A stretch of 48,996 nucleotides of DNA from Bilabrum cf. latius (lineage: Eukaryota), in NCBI GenBank assembly GCA_965178125.1, contig OZ237747.1, forward strand, positions 1,178,001 to 1,226,996, given 5' to 3'. Every line of letters begins with the position of its first letter. Within the stretch, counting starts at the first letter, position 1. Below are positions 13,292-25,500 of this stretch, one piece after another. The notes beneath the pieces are model-generated. The model saw nothing but the letters and a program-made list of their open reading frames with translations, was not told the DNA's origin and made no database searches. Made by a program: the position numbers and the translations under genes.

Positions 13292-14937
13292 TCACCGCAG
13301 CGCACCCTTCCCGGCGTCCCGACCCCCTGGGCCCGCCCCACCCGATGCCGCGCCTCGACTCCGACTGCCCTCCCTCTCCCTCCTGCTCCGGCTCCTGCTC
13401 CTGCTGCTGTCCCTAGCCCCATCCCCGCCTTCACCGCGCCCCCTCCCCCTTTCCCTCTCCCCCCTGCTCCTGCCCCTGCTCCTAGATCGCGCCGGAGAAC
13501 CCCTCCTCCTCTTCTCTTTCTTGTCCGCAAGCGCCACCTCGGCCGCATGCCCCGCCCGCTGCGTCGCCTCCAGCGAATTGGCCGCGAGCACAGACCGCTC
13601 TCGCCCAGATGCTGGCTCAAACCGAGCACCCGTAGACTCCCAGCCCCTCCGTGAGACAGCCACAGTCGCAACTAGCAGTCCGCCCCCAGATGCGCGCAAG
13701 CCCGCACGATCCGGTGCAAGCTCGTGCGCCAGACCCAGCGAGCTGTCCGTCAGCTCGGGCCTGGCGCCAAGGAAGTACTCTGCGAAGGGGTGGCGAAGTT
13801 GGCTGGTGGTGGTGCATGGATTGCGTGCGATACTCATTGGGGAGAGAGGCAGCTCAGTGGCCTGCATAACAAGCACACGAGTGCATGCCATCAAGCTGCG
13901 GGTAGCGCAAGCTAGGCACGTGCCTCACCCTTCCAGTCCTCGAGGGCGGTCCCTCGTGGCCTCCAGAGGGACACGCACCGCCTGCTGCTGCCCGACCGCA
14001 TGGGCAGTCGAAGTAGGCCGTAGCCGCCTGCGGGTGGGCAATGACAAGGATGCAAGGGAGAGGCCATGCATGCAGTCGCGCGCAGGTGGCGGTGGCGATG
14101 TCACGAGCAATACCATTGCATAGTCGCCGCCCGGTTGGGACTAATTGATGTGCACGCTGGCGCGATGCCGTCACAGGGCATGGGCATGCACCGGGCAGAA
14201 CCCAAGCAAAAACGTCATTTCCGATGACTCACAAATCGTGTTCCTCCCCGCGATGTCCCTGGTCCAGGCGGAGACCGCGAGCATGGGCCACCCGTCCAGT
14301 GCAGAGGTGGCCAGGTGCACGTCAATGGGGTGAGAGAGGGGGGCACTGCCAGCGCCCTGGGACCAGGACAGCTCCCGCTGGCGAGTGGACACACTGATTG
14401 GATCCGTGGCACGGCTCCCGCGGTGCACCGGAGCGGATGAGTCCCCGGCGATTCGGCCCGAGCTTAGCGGGCCCTCCCCAGATGCATCTGAACCCCCCAG
14501 CCCGTCGCTCCCTGGCGGCACCGGGATAGGCGCAACGACTGCGGGGCCTCCCCAGGCCGTGCTCGTTCGACTTCCATCAATTTCATGGACAGAGGCTGTC
14601 CCAGTTGAATCAGAGGCCTCGAAGCCCGACTGTGACCAAGTCCCCTCGCCGTCTGCCGCCTTGCTGGCGCGGGCAGCAGACTCTGTCGGGTGCGGAATCC
14701 GAATAGCGTGAGTCTATCCGTCTGTCTGTCCCTCAATTACACTCCATGACGCAGATGGCAGCACCAGGTGCCATCGCACGTATGCCTCGTGGCCAGAGAC
14801 GCCTTCCAATGTCTCCAACTGTCCAGAAAAATGAACTGCGAGACAGGAGCGGGTATGCAGCGCAGCTGACGAAGGTTGTATGTAATTTGAACACAAAACG
14901 TATCCACACAACCGCGTGTAGTCTCACCTTCAGGCAT
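13292..14937 (-). CDS. B9D2: B9 domain-containing ciliary transition-zone protein 2, four exons, with internal insertion and RS-rich tail
   Basis: Exons 14937-14928, 14835-14233, 14027-13929 and 13779-13292, with phase-compatible GT-AG introns. Spliced protein MPEVHFSGQ...EGQTDG*TH...SHPIDVHLATSALDGWP...CGYG...LWRP...EYFLGARPEL matches B9D2. TAG at 14714. Ends at TGA. Confidence 0.85.
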
Positions 14938-15102
14938 GGTAGGGCCAGATATGCACAGTTGCCGTTCGAATGCTGGTTGAGTGCACTTACACAGGGCGAA
15001 ACCGCTTTTCTTGGATAGCCACTGCATCCAACTGTTCACGTCATTCCACCAAGGATATTAGTGCCGCAGCCTGTACATTGTGCTCAGAAAGACTGTGCAA
15101 CA

Positions 15103-16652
15103 ATGTCGGTCGCCGCTTTCTTTGGGTTTCGGGGTCCTGATTACTACACCAGGAAGCTTCTGTAGCGCGTGAAGGAATCAATCACGGCGGAAGAGGATGA
15201 AGCGATGGCAAAGGCCCAAGAGAGTGTGAAGTCGTCCATGACGAAGCTCCGCAATTGGGTGTACGGCGAGGTGAGTCTTTGAGTCGCTTCCACTGGGATG
15301 CTTGAGCCGAATCGAAACGAGACGCATGCTCGGCTGACCAGCACGTCATCGAGAAAGCACCATGCCGCCTAAATGCAGTCGTAACGTGTAAATTTGTATC
15401 ACAGGATGGGTCCACGCCTTCAGCTGCTGACCTGAACAAGCTTGCAGTCGCCTGGCAGGAGGAAGGTGCCGTAGCTCAGCTGCTGCACCACGCCAAAGTG
15501 TTGGATTTCGAGGTTCGCAAGCAGTTCTCGGAAATCACCTGCGCTTTGGCGAGAGACGACGTGAATGGATTCCTTACCACTCACCTCAGGAACCAGCCGG
15601 AGCTCTTGGAGGACCTGGTGGGCGGCTATGGCGACCACGAGGTGGCGCTGGCGGTGGGCCCCGTCCTGCGGGAGTGCCTGCGGGACCCCATCCTGCACCG
15701 CGCGTTCTGCCTCGGTGCCGGGGCCGTGTCGGGGGCTGTAGGTGCGGGGAGTGCCGCGGCGGGCGGCGCGGGCTCCGGCGGACCGGATGCAGGGGCCGAC
15801 AAGGACAAGAAGAGCCCACTTGGCCCTGGGTTGTGCTCGCTGATGCGGACCCACGTGCACACGCCTCGGTTCGAAGTCGCGTCCGACGCCTTGTCGACCC
15901 TGCGGGAGGGACTGACGTGCCAGATGGCCGCCGACGACGCGGAGACCTCGAGGAACAAGGTGCTCAGGGACCGCGTGCAGCTGTGCAAGCAGACGGTGGC
16001 AGAGATGCTGACTGCGCACTACGACTCCTTCTTCCCCCTCTTCTGCTCCCTGCTGGACAGCGAGTCGTACTTCACCCGCCTCATGGCTATCAAGCTGCTG
16101 GGCGACTTGCTCCTGGACCGGCCGCACAAGGAGATCATGCTCAAGTTCATCGCGGACCGCAAGAACCTAAGGAAGGTCATGTCCCTCATGCGGAGCAGGC
16201 AGGCGGCCATGCAGTTCGAGGCCTTTCACGTGTTCAAGGTCTTCGTCATGAATCCGGCCAAGCCCCCGCAGATCACGGAGATCCTCATGGCCAACTCGGA
16301 CAAGCTCGTGCAGTACCTGCGGGGGCTGCAGAACGACAAGGACGACCCTCAGTTCGCCGAGGAGAAGGCGCTCCTCATTGAGACCATTACCACCAAGCTC
16401 AAGCTCCCAGAGGGGTACAAGTCGGCCGCCATGGCCGCCATGGAGAAGAAGAGAAAAGCGGGGGCTGACGCAGCGGCAGCGGCAGCGGCAGGCTCCAAGC
16501 CCGAGGCGGGCGGCAAGGCACCGGCGGGCTCGTGCTCCCCTGCGACGGGTGCCGCCCCGGGAGCTGTGGCGGGGGGAATCGGGGGCGAGGGCGGGGGAAG
16601 GGGGGAGGGTGCTGCTGGCACATCGGCTGCCGCTGCCGTCCCGCCCTCCTGA
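15103..16652 (+). CDS. CAB39: MO25/calcium-binding protein 39 family scaffold
   Basis: Exon 1 15103-15270 (TAG at 15163), intron 15271-15404, exon 2 to TGA 16652. Motifs LDFEVRK, FEVASDALSTL, IKLLGDLLLDR, QFEAFHVFKVFVMNP and FAEEKALLI. Confidence 0.92.
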
Positions 16653-17167
16653 GTGGTTGCCGTGCCGTGTGGTTGTCGACTCGAGCAGGTGGTTGAACCG
16701 CGGCATTGGTCTGCTCATGGGGAGCACTCCGCGAAACAGGCCGCGCGAACCTACCCACCGATGATATCACGAAGCGTGAGCGGGCTGCTGTTCCTCTCCC
16801 TCCGCCCTGACCAGACCTCTTGCAGCGAAAGGCTCGCCATGCTGGTAGTGGGACAAGGTAGGGGCACAGGCAGGCCAGGAGGGAAGGATGCATTGCATTG
16901 CATGCCATGGCCGGGCCAGGCCGACCATTCCAAGGCCCGCATGTAGGACACGAAGACCCGCCATGCCATGCCAAAGCCTGTGCAGCTGGGCCAGGCCCCA
17001 GGCAGCGATACCGGGGTGCCGCTGCGTAGATTGGATAGAAAGACACTATGATGCCTGCACGGTTGGGCAGTGCAGCGGCAAGTCATCTATGGCGAGCACG
17101 AGCACGACGAATGCAGGGGAGTCTATTGCTGCTAGTCGCGCAAGAAGTCCAAGAGCTGCCCGCTGAA

Positions 17168-17263
17168 AGGGATGGAGGCCGGCTGGGGGGGGGGGGCCTG
17201 AGCAATGAGAAGGGAGAGAGGGATGGAGGCCGGCTGGGGGGGACCTGAGCAATGAGAAGGGAG
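17168..17263. repeat. Two-copy tandem repeat of about 47 bp with variable G run
   Basis: AGGGATGGAGGCCGGCTG(G)nCCTGAGCAATGAGAAGGGAG occurs at about 17168-17216 and 17219-17263. Confidence 0.85.
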
Positions 17264-17554
17264 GGGCCCCGTCGGGCATCGAGCAGAGACCAGCGCTGAT
17301 CTAGATGCGGGCATGTGCGTATACTTGTGCGTGATTGAGCACGAAGGGGAAGGGGGGAAACAAACGCAGACGTGCCCGTCGTTGGAAGACGGCCTCTGGC
17401 GCTGACATGGTGCTGCCAAGCACCAGCGATGTCTTGCTGTAAGGGGCCAGATACTGACGCAGTTCGGTCATATCGAAAGTAGAGATCAAGAATTATTGCA
17501 AAAGAGAGTGCATTTCAACGTGGTGGGGCCTAGCCCACTCATGGCAACGGCTCG

Positions 17555-18314
17555 TCATCGTACCCTCCTTCTCTTTGCCGCCGCCGGAGTCATCGCTGAG
17601 GGACCCCGCTTGCCTGCCAGCGCCTTCTCTGCTTCCGTGGCGGGCATGCCCGCCGCTCGATCCAGAGCGGTAGACGCTTCCTGCGCACCTTGCTGGCTCG
17701 CTGCGACGATCTTGCCGGCGTCGTGCAGGCGGGCCTTGGCGCCTGCCGTAGCCTGGGAGGCCCTGGCTACCGCAGCTGTTGCCCTGCCTAGGCCCGCAAT
17801 CTCACTGGAAGACGAAGAAGAGCTAGGTTCTCCATCGTCTTGGACTATTCTCTGCAGACTTTGCTTAGCAGCAGATGACAGAGCTGCCTGCAGAGCAGCT
17901 GGAACTGACTGGCGCTTCTCCTTCAGAACTCTTGCCAGTCCGTCTGACTTTTGCTCCAACTATCTGACCTCCTCCTCTAATTGTTTGTCAAGTGGCTCTG
18001 GTGCGCAATCTGCGGCAAAAAGTCGGAGCAATCATCAGAATACATTCGAAACTCCGCATCGTGAAGCGAGAGCCAAACTGCTCGTTGTTGGTAGCCTCAC
18101 CCAACGTGGGATCGCTAGTTCTCTTAATTCCCTCTCTGATCCCGCGGGATGCGTGAGACACTATCAACCTGGCTCGTACTCTGGCCCTGTCTGCGCGCGA
18201 TCCAGACAATCTTGAACCCAAACTCGTTGCAGCCGCAGCACCTGCGGATTCCACGCGAGCACAGTCTGCTAATGACCAAGGAACCAACTCTTTGGTCCTG
18301 GAACCGCCACTCAT
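17555..18314 (-). CDS. Small coiled-coil protein, possibly kinetochore Nsl1/Mis14-like
   Basis: Exon 18314-18101, intron 18100-18010 (GTGAGG...GCAG, phase 1), exon 18009-17555 with TAG at 17960. EPLDKQLEEEVR*LEQK...EKRQSVP resembles the Mis14 core. Ends at TGA. Confidence 0.5.
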
Positions 18315-18757
18315 GCTGCGGAGTTGCCTTTCTACTGTGAAGTGACCAAACGGCTACGCTCAGCCTGAGGTGTGACGAGTACTACACCCGCAGATCAAGC
18401 GTGAGCTCGTGAATTCATGCCACATTCTGGCGATCCAATTCCTTGATTGTGTTGGTTGAGAGTGATAGTATCCGCACCTCTCGGTCCTTTTATAGATCTC
18501 TGTAAGGCAATCATTCGTTCGGATAATCATGAAATAAAAAAAAAACCTAATGAACAAACTGCAACTGTATAAAGCTGGCCATTGCAGCCTTGAGTATTCA
18601 CTCTGGCGATACGTAGAAGTGCACCATCTAGGCCTCGCAGTACGCTGCTTTGCTTGCAGTTGGTGCCGTGTCGGTGTCAAGTTATTCCGACGACGACTAG
18701 CACCTCGCCCTGGTGGCGGCAGTCGACCGCAGCAGTGGACAGGTTGCAGCAATCGAC

Positions 18758-19542
18758 ATGCGAGACAGAAGCACTGGCTCCTTTGGTGCAGATGAGTCGA
18801 TGTGGTCAGCTTGCTGCAGGATGACCGGGAATGTGTGCACGCCATGCGGGGCAAAGCGGATGGATGCCACCTGGTGCGAAAGGGCGTGGCCAGCAAACAT
18901 AGCGATTGGCCCAGACTGGGGCTGCATGATTTGCACCCATGCTATTGTTGTCGTCCCGGCGACACTTTTTTTCGCATTTGTGTAAGATACACCCCATGCG
19001 CTGTCTGCTGTGCGATCTTATGGGACCGTTCCTGCATGGCTTGCATATGCTTGGTATCGCAGCGCACCTGACGTGCACCTATGGGTGACTGTTGTTGGTG
19101 CCATAATTTTTGTAGCAACTTGGCTCATGCTTGCGATGACCTCATGCGGCGACCCGGGGTACCTGCCGAAACAATCCAGAGAGGAGCTCTCTGCTCAGAA
19201 AGCAAAGCTACAGGAGGATGGAACCATTCAAAATTACACTCTTTGCCAAGCATGTCAAGTGTACAGACCACAAAAAGCTCGGCACTGCCAGGCTTGCAAT
19301 GCGTGCGTTCTTGGCCTGGGTAAGAGACGCCAAATTCGATCTGCCATTCAGTTTCTTAGTATGACACAACCCGTTTTGAATTGTTATGCTATAAGTGTCG
19401 CGCAGATCATCACTGCCCATGGCATGGAAAATGTATTGGGTAGTACAACATGTTTACATTTAACATGTTCCTGTGGATGATCATGGTTTTTTTGGTATAC
19501 ATGGCGGTCAGTGCTTTTATTTTTATGACAAGAGACAGTTAA
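18758..19542 (+). CDS. DHHC-type protein S-palmitoyltransferase
   Basis: Introns 18982-19062 and 19320-19405. Spliced protein has GPDW, DPGYLP and CQACQVYRPQKARHCQACNACVLGLDHHCPWHGKCIG*YN (TAG 19441). Ends at TAA 19540-19542. The start may lie further upstream. Confidence 0.88.
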
Positions 19543-19659
19543 TGTTTTGGAATTAGCTGTTGGCCGTACGAAAGTAACCTATTCAATCAGATCGCATGGC
19601 AAAGATTGCCATGTCTCATATGATACTCGAAGCTCAATACATACCATAAGCCCTACTTT

Positions 19660-19990
19660 TTTCAATGAATGTTTACTGTTCTCAATAGGGGTCGCTCTCC
19701 TTGGCACATACACTGCAAGAAACCAGCAAAACAAGGTCTACCATCCTTAGTGACATCGCCAGACCGAAGAATCGCATCTGAGTAGTCTGGGTCCCCGCAT
19801 TAACGATGGCGTCCAAGTCAAATTTTGATATGTAGCTACCCTTATCGATATCAAGGGTCTCAAAAACGGAAATCAACTTTGGAGCATCAAGGTTAAGCTA
19901 CCTCGGAATAAGAAATGCTTGCAATTTCGATGCAGAAATGGATCCATCTCGGTTGATGTCGCATGCCTATGCAAGTCTGGTCACAAGCCG
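19660..19990 (-). pseudogene. Degenerate multi-EF-hand (CDPK/calmodulin-like) fragment
   Basis: EF-hand-like loops DINRDGSISASKL and DIDKGSYISKFDL lie in one frame. A third loop, DVTKDGRPCFAGF, lies in a shifted frame after GCGGGGACC (about 19790). Ca-ligand residues are eroded and there is no clear start. Confidence 0.5.
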
Positions 19991-20606
19991 CCCGCCCCGC
20001 GGCGGGCCAGGCAGTGAGTGGGGCTACTACAAGAAGGTCGTCGGCTTTCACCGCCTCAGCCAGATCGAGCCAATTGTCGTAAAATAAGAAGTTCTCGTGC
20101 CACTACTGGCAGGCCCTTCGCAGACTACTTTTTCAAATTTGCAATGATAAATTTTATTTGTCCGAGTCTACAAAGGCTCCATTTCATCAGGATGACTGTT
20201 GATGCCGTGTGGCAATTGAATACTTACATTCAAATCAATAGTCAACTTTTGCAGCATCATGACTTAAACTAAACTATTTAAGCATATTCTGAAATTATGT
20301 TACGCGCATTGCAAAGTCTCAGCTTCACTAGATAGAGAGTACAACGTAGGTTCCCGAGGTCTATACTCATAAGTGATGTGACCGAGACTCAATCATGGGT
20401 ACCAATCGTCATTGCAGCACATGGGTCATTGTTCCGGTCGTTATAAGTCGGATACCAATGCATGGCTTGTAACTTCTGATATTATCATCAGAAGCAAAGC
20501 CAAAACTGTTCCTAGCCTGCATGACCAGCATCGTGCTTATAAGATACAACATTTCTCTACAGAAGAGCAGATGATTTAGCAAACAATCAACAAGAATACA
20601 TGGCAA

Positions 20607-22373
20607 TTAACCCTTTGAACTCTAAACAAGTCGCTTCTTCATAGACTTCTTCATTTTACCCTATCGCTTAAGCTTTGCTGCAGTCTTTACCTTCAGCTTG
20701 TGCGCCCTCTTGGCTTCCTTGCTTGACCCTCGAACTTCGAAATCATCAGCTGCATTGTGCGTCTTCCGCATCCGTTCTGAGCGTTTACTTCGCTTGAATG
20801 CAGTCTTCGACCCTCTTGGTGGAAGATGCGGTAGCATCGAGACATCAAGTCCCAACGATGTCGCGTCTTCCTACATCTGCCGCTAAATAATCATGTCTGT
20901 GTCTTGTTTCGCTCGCGATCGACCTATGGAATCTTGGGTCTCAGCCGAAGACAACAGTCGAACTTCTACTTCATCGTCATTCAGTTCTTTGATTGATTTC
21001 GGTAAGGTGTCTTCCATAAAGATCGAGTCATCATCTAGTCCAACCTCAGGAGATGAATGCAATGATTCCAAGTAGTCTTCCAGCTCTTCAGCTGCAGACA
21101 AGCCAGGCATCGTAACAAAATCGAAGAGCTACCTTGCTGACAGCAAAGTTCTACTATCCAAGTGGCGACGAAAGAAACCTATAACATTTTTACAATCCAT
21201 TCGAAGGAATTCGCCAGCCATTGGGTTGTCAGAATCGACTGCCTGCGACACATCAATAATCCAGACCTTTCCTTGATCCTTGTCCCACAACAGATTATAC
21301 TCGGACAAATCTGCATGAACCAAGTTGCACTGCTAGAACATCACACGCATCATCCGGACAACTTGATTGTATGCCCTTCTTACTGAGATCCGATCCAGTT
21401 TCGCGTCATGGAGTCGAGGGCACGGCCAGCCCTTTTTCCCGATGAAGTCCATGATCAAGACGTGGTGCTTCAAGGCAATTACATTTGGAACCGGCAGTCC
21501 TGCAAGTCGTAATCTCTTGAGATTGCGCATCTCTTTTTCAGCCCACAGCTTAACCATTTTCCTGGGATTATGTCGGCTGTACCCTTGCCTAAACCTGTGC
21601 TCTCCGCTGACATACTTATCTCGGTCTTTGAAGACGAGGATGCTCGTCTTGAAAATCTTGATTGCGACGAACTCATTCAGCGATGGGCACTTACCGCTAT
21701 CTACTCCAAACTTCGCACGATACTTGCGACTGTCAAAATCTCGAACTTCGGGAGGTGCTGGCACGCCCGTACCGTCCTAATCGTTGACTGCAGCTTGTGT
21801 AGGCATGGATGGCTGCTCAGAAGTGGCCCTGGTGTCGCGCGTTCCCAAGTACACATTCGCCTCCTTTCCAGTGCTGACACAACCGTGCACACTCTTCAGG
21901 ATTCCGCTTCCAGATACAAATCGAAATAGAATCAAGCCGGTTCTTGGGTCAAGTACTTGGTCAGACGTGGCACGGTCATCTCGTCCAGTGTGGCGGGGAT
22001 TCGACTTCTTCACGAGCGCCTCATGCTTTGACACAGCTGGCTCGCCACGACTAGTAAGCCTGTCTGCTAACACCTTGCTTGATTTCTGCGCCTGAGTGCC
22101 ACACAAGAATCCTCTCTGCTAGCCTTGCATTTTCGAGCCTTCCATATACTGTTGTTTTACGTCAGCCGTGTACATCTCGGTGCTGGCCGATGAAACAACA
22201 ATTGAATCATCTGTTTTAATCGCACTTATCAACGAAACCGCCCGCTCAGACATCTTCTTTTGCTGCCGAGCTCGCTTTCTAGCAAGACGAGCCGATTCCG
22301 CAGCAGAACTACCGGCTGAGCCTGATTCACCAGGCTGGTCTAGAAGACACCCATGTGGGCTTGAAGTCTCCAT
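20607..22373 (-). CDS. RIOK1: RIO1 atypical serine/threonine kinase
   Basis: Intronless 588-codon frame with 8 TAG (22119, 21777, 21333, 21129, 20883, 20871, 20661, 20622). Motifs [53 protein letters not shown] and a basic C-terminus. Ends at TAA 20607. Confidence 0.95.
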
Positions 22374-22530
22374 TGGTTCCTAATGCTAGCTTTAGTGTAT
22401 GATTGGCACGAACTCTGCGTGTGGCTGTGTGTATCGGCGGCTGGGAACATTGGCGGCAGCTCGGCGGTGGATGACGAGTGCAATTTTCAAACACCGCAGT
22501 TGGGACACATTGGCCTAGAGTCGCTCGAAA

Positions 22531-25500
22531 ATGGTAGAATTGCGAGCAGAGGTTATTGTTCCCAGACTTAAATCATTCCTTAAGTACATGGAGGTGAGTG
22601 TAGTCGCAAGCTCGTTGTTCTTTTTACGGCTTGGCCGTGTATGTCGACAGGCCTATTTTCTGCAGCACTAGTATCGCAGGCCAACACCGAGGAATTTGGT
22701 GGGAGCAAATCTGTACTGCTTCTGAATGGCAAGCAGAAAGCTGGTGATTCGCTGACTGCGGCCCTGTAGATGCACTTTCTGGAATACGAGTTCCCAGACA
22801 CGGCGATGCTACTCACCAAGTCGACAGTCCACGTCCTCACCAGTGCATCGAAGGCAAAGTACCTCCAAGAAGCCGCAGACAAGGCAAATGAAGACGGCTC
22901 TTTCCGAATCGAGACTATCTTGCGAAACAAGAAGTCGGGCGACTCTGATACCATCGAAAAGCTCGTGCAGCTCGCTCGAACTGATGGCCCCTGTGCCGTT
23001 GTGGAACTCTCGGAGGATCTGTTGGGCTCTTTTGGACCTGCAGTACTTGACGCATTCAAAGCAGCTGGCAAGCCAGCAGGCGACCAATCGCCCTTGCTGC
23101 TCAAGGAGGCGGACGAAGGCGTCCAGAAATACCTCACTCGCAAGGACGTCCACGCGCAGGATTTCCTGGTGCGATCTGCTCAACTTTCCACTAGAATGTA
23201 CAGAAAGGTCCTGCTTGATGCAGTTGAAACTGTGTTGGATGAAGGCAGTGATGTGAAGCACCGCACCCTTGCCCAAAAGTGCTCGGCTGTCCTGCAGGAC
23301 GACGCCAAGTTCGGCAAGCTCAAGCTGAGCAAGCTGGACCAGGACCACTGCGGCGTGAGCACTGCTCTGGTGTAGAGCGGCGGATCATACACCCCGAAGT
23401 TGTGGGAGAGTTCCTCTGGCTCTGAGGACTCGACCCTGTCCCCGGACGTGATCCTGGTCTCGCTGGGGTGTGCCTACCGCAGCTACCACTCGCTGGTTGG
23501 CCGGACTCTCCTGATCAACCCGACGGACGAGATGAGCAAGTGAGCTATCATGGTGCCAAGCCATGTAGTGGGCCATCACTTTCCCCCCGCCGCCCCCTTT
23601 TTTGTCCTCCTCACCAGCGCGTATCAACCCCAGCCTGCCGCCCTGCCGCCTCACCGTGTGCTTCACATCGCCGCAGGGCCTATTCGACGCTGTAGGAAGC
23701 CCACGGAATCGTGCTTGACCGGCTCCGCGATGGGGGCAAGATTAGCGATGCTGTCATCGCCTGCGAGTCGCACCTGCGGGGCAAAATGCCCTCTGGGACG
23801 CGCCTTCCTGAGACTTTCGGACACGCCACTGGGCTGGTCGACAGGGAGCGCCCCATGATCCTGTCCGCCAAGAACCATGCTATAGTGAAGGCGGGCCAGG
23901 TGCTGACCGTGATCACTGCGGCTGAAGACATTCCAATCAATGATGCGACATCTGCTCCCGAAGGTGCGGCTGTCAGGAAGCTCCCGCGGTACTCGCTGTG
24001 CCTCAGCGACACCATCCTGGTCCTCGCCAAAGGACAACCCGAGCCGAACAAGGTGCTAACCCAAAAGGCCCCCAAGGACCTTGAGGACGTGTCGTATGAT
24101 CTCGCCGATAGCGATGATGAGGGAGACAGCTCGGAGGATGACGATGATGCGCGTGAGAAGGGCCGAGCTAAGGCCAGGAAGGCTGCCGGCAATTCGGGAC
24201 GGGATGCTGAAGGTCGTAGCATGCGACTTGCGGCCAAGGTCCGCGATACTGGTGGTGCGGAGACTGCGGAGAAGCGAGCTATCCACCAAGCTGAGCTCCG
24301 CGAACGACAGATCAAGGAGATGCAAGCCAAGATCCTAAGCGGAGAAGGTGGCTCGGGCTCCAAGGCAGCCGACATCGAGGTGAAACCCATCGTGGCGTAC
24401 TCGGGACCAGCCAAGCTGCCTCGCACGGAGAAGCCCACGAAGATTTCCGTTGACAAGGAGAGGGAGATCGTGCTGCTGCCAATGATGGGGCAGCTGCTAC
24501 CGGTTCATATTGCTACCATCCGCAACGTTACCAAGACAGAGGAGGATGGGCTGCACATGCTGCGCTTCAACTTCTACACGCCGCAGTCTGCTGCTGGCAA
24601 GGAGTGCCTGCCAGCCATGGTCAAGTCTCTGGGGGACTTTGCGCAGACTCCCTTCATCCGATCGCTCAACTTCACGAGCAAAGACAGTCGCAACATGAAT
24701 CTGCAGCTCCGCCTGATCAAGGACATGCAGAAGCGGGCCCGCCAAGCCGCTCAACTCGAGAAGGAAGAGGCCGCCGTCAAGGAGCAGCCGAAACTGATCA
24801 TCGATCGCACGCAGAAGACTCCAAGGTTGCAGCGCTTGCAGATGTGGCCGAAGATCACCGGTCGCAAAACGATGGGCAACCTGGAGGCGCACTCGAATGG
24901 CTTGCGCTTCCGCAGTGCTCGAGGGGAGCAAGTGGACATCATCTATTCGAACGTGAGGCACGCTGTGTTTTAGCCGTGCAAGAACGAGCACATTGTACTG
25001 ATTCATTTCCACCTGAAGAACCCAATCATGGTGGGCAAGAAGAGCCGGAAGGACATCCAGTTCTACGCTGAGCTGATCGAGACCTCCAACCTGCTGGACA
25101 ACAAGCAACGGGCCCTCGGCGATGCCGATGAGATTGAGGAAGAGAGGCGAGAGCGGGAGATGCGCCGAAGGATGAACGACCTGTTCAAAAAGTTTGCCTC
25201 TCGAGTTGAGAAGATCGCAGCCAGACCGCCCAACTCGACCTCGCTCGAGTTCGAGACTCCCTTACAGAGCGATGAGATGCAGTTCAAGGGTGCGCCGCTG
25301 CGCGAAATGGTGACCATCAGCACAACCACTAGTGCACTCGTTTCTCTAGCAGAGAAGCCTCCGTTCGTCCTCTCTCTAGATGATGTGGAGCACGTGCACT
25401 TCGAGACTGCCGGCCTAGGCTCTGCCAAGAGCTTCGACCTGGTATTCGTGCTGAAAGAAGGCCGGGCGGAGAAAGGCAAGGACGAGTTCGTGCGAATCAG

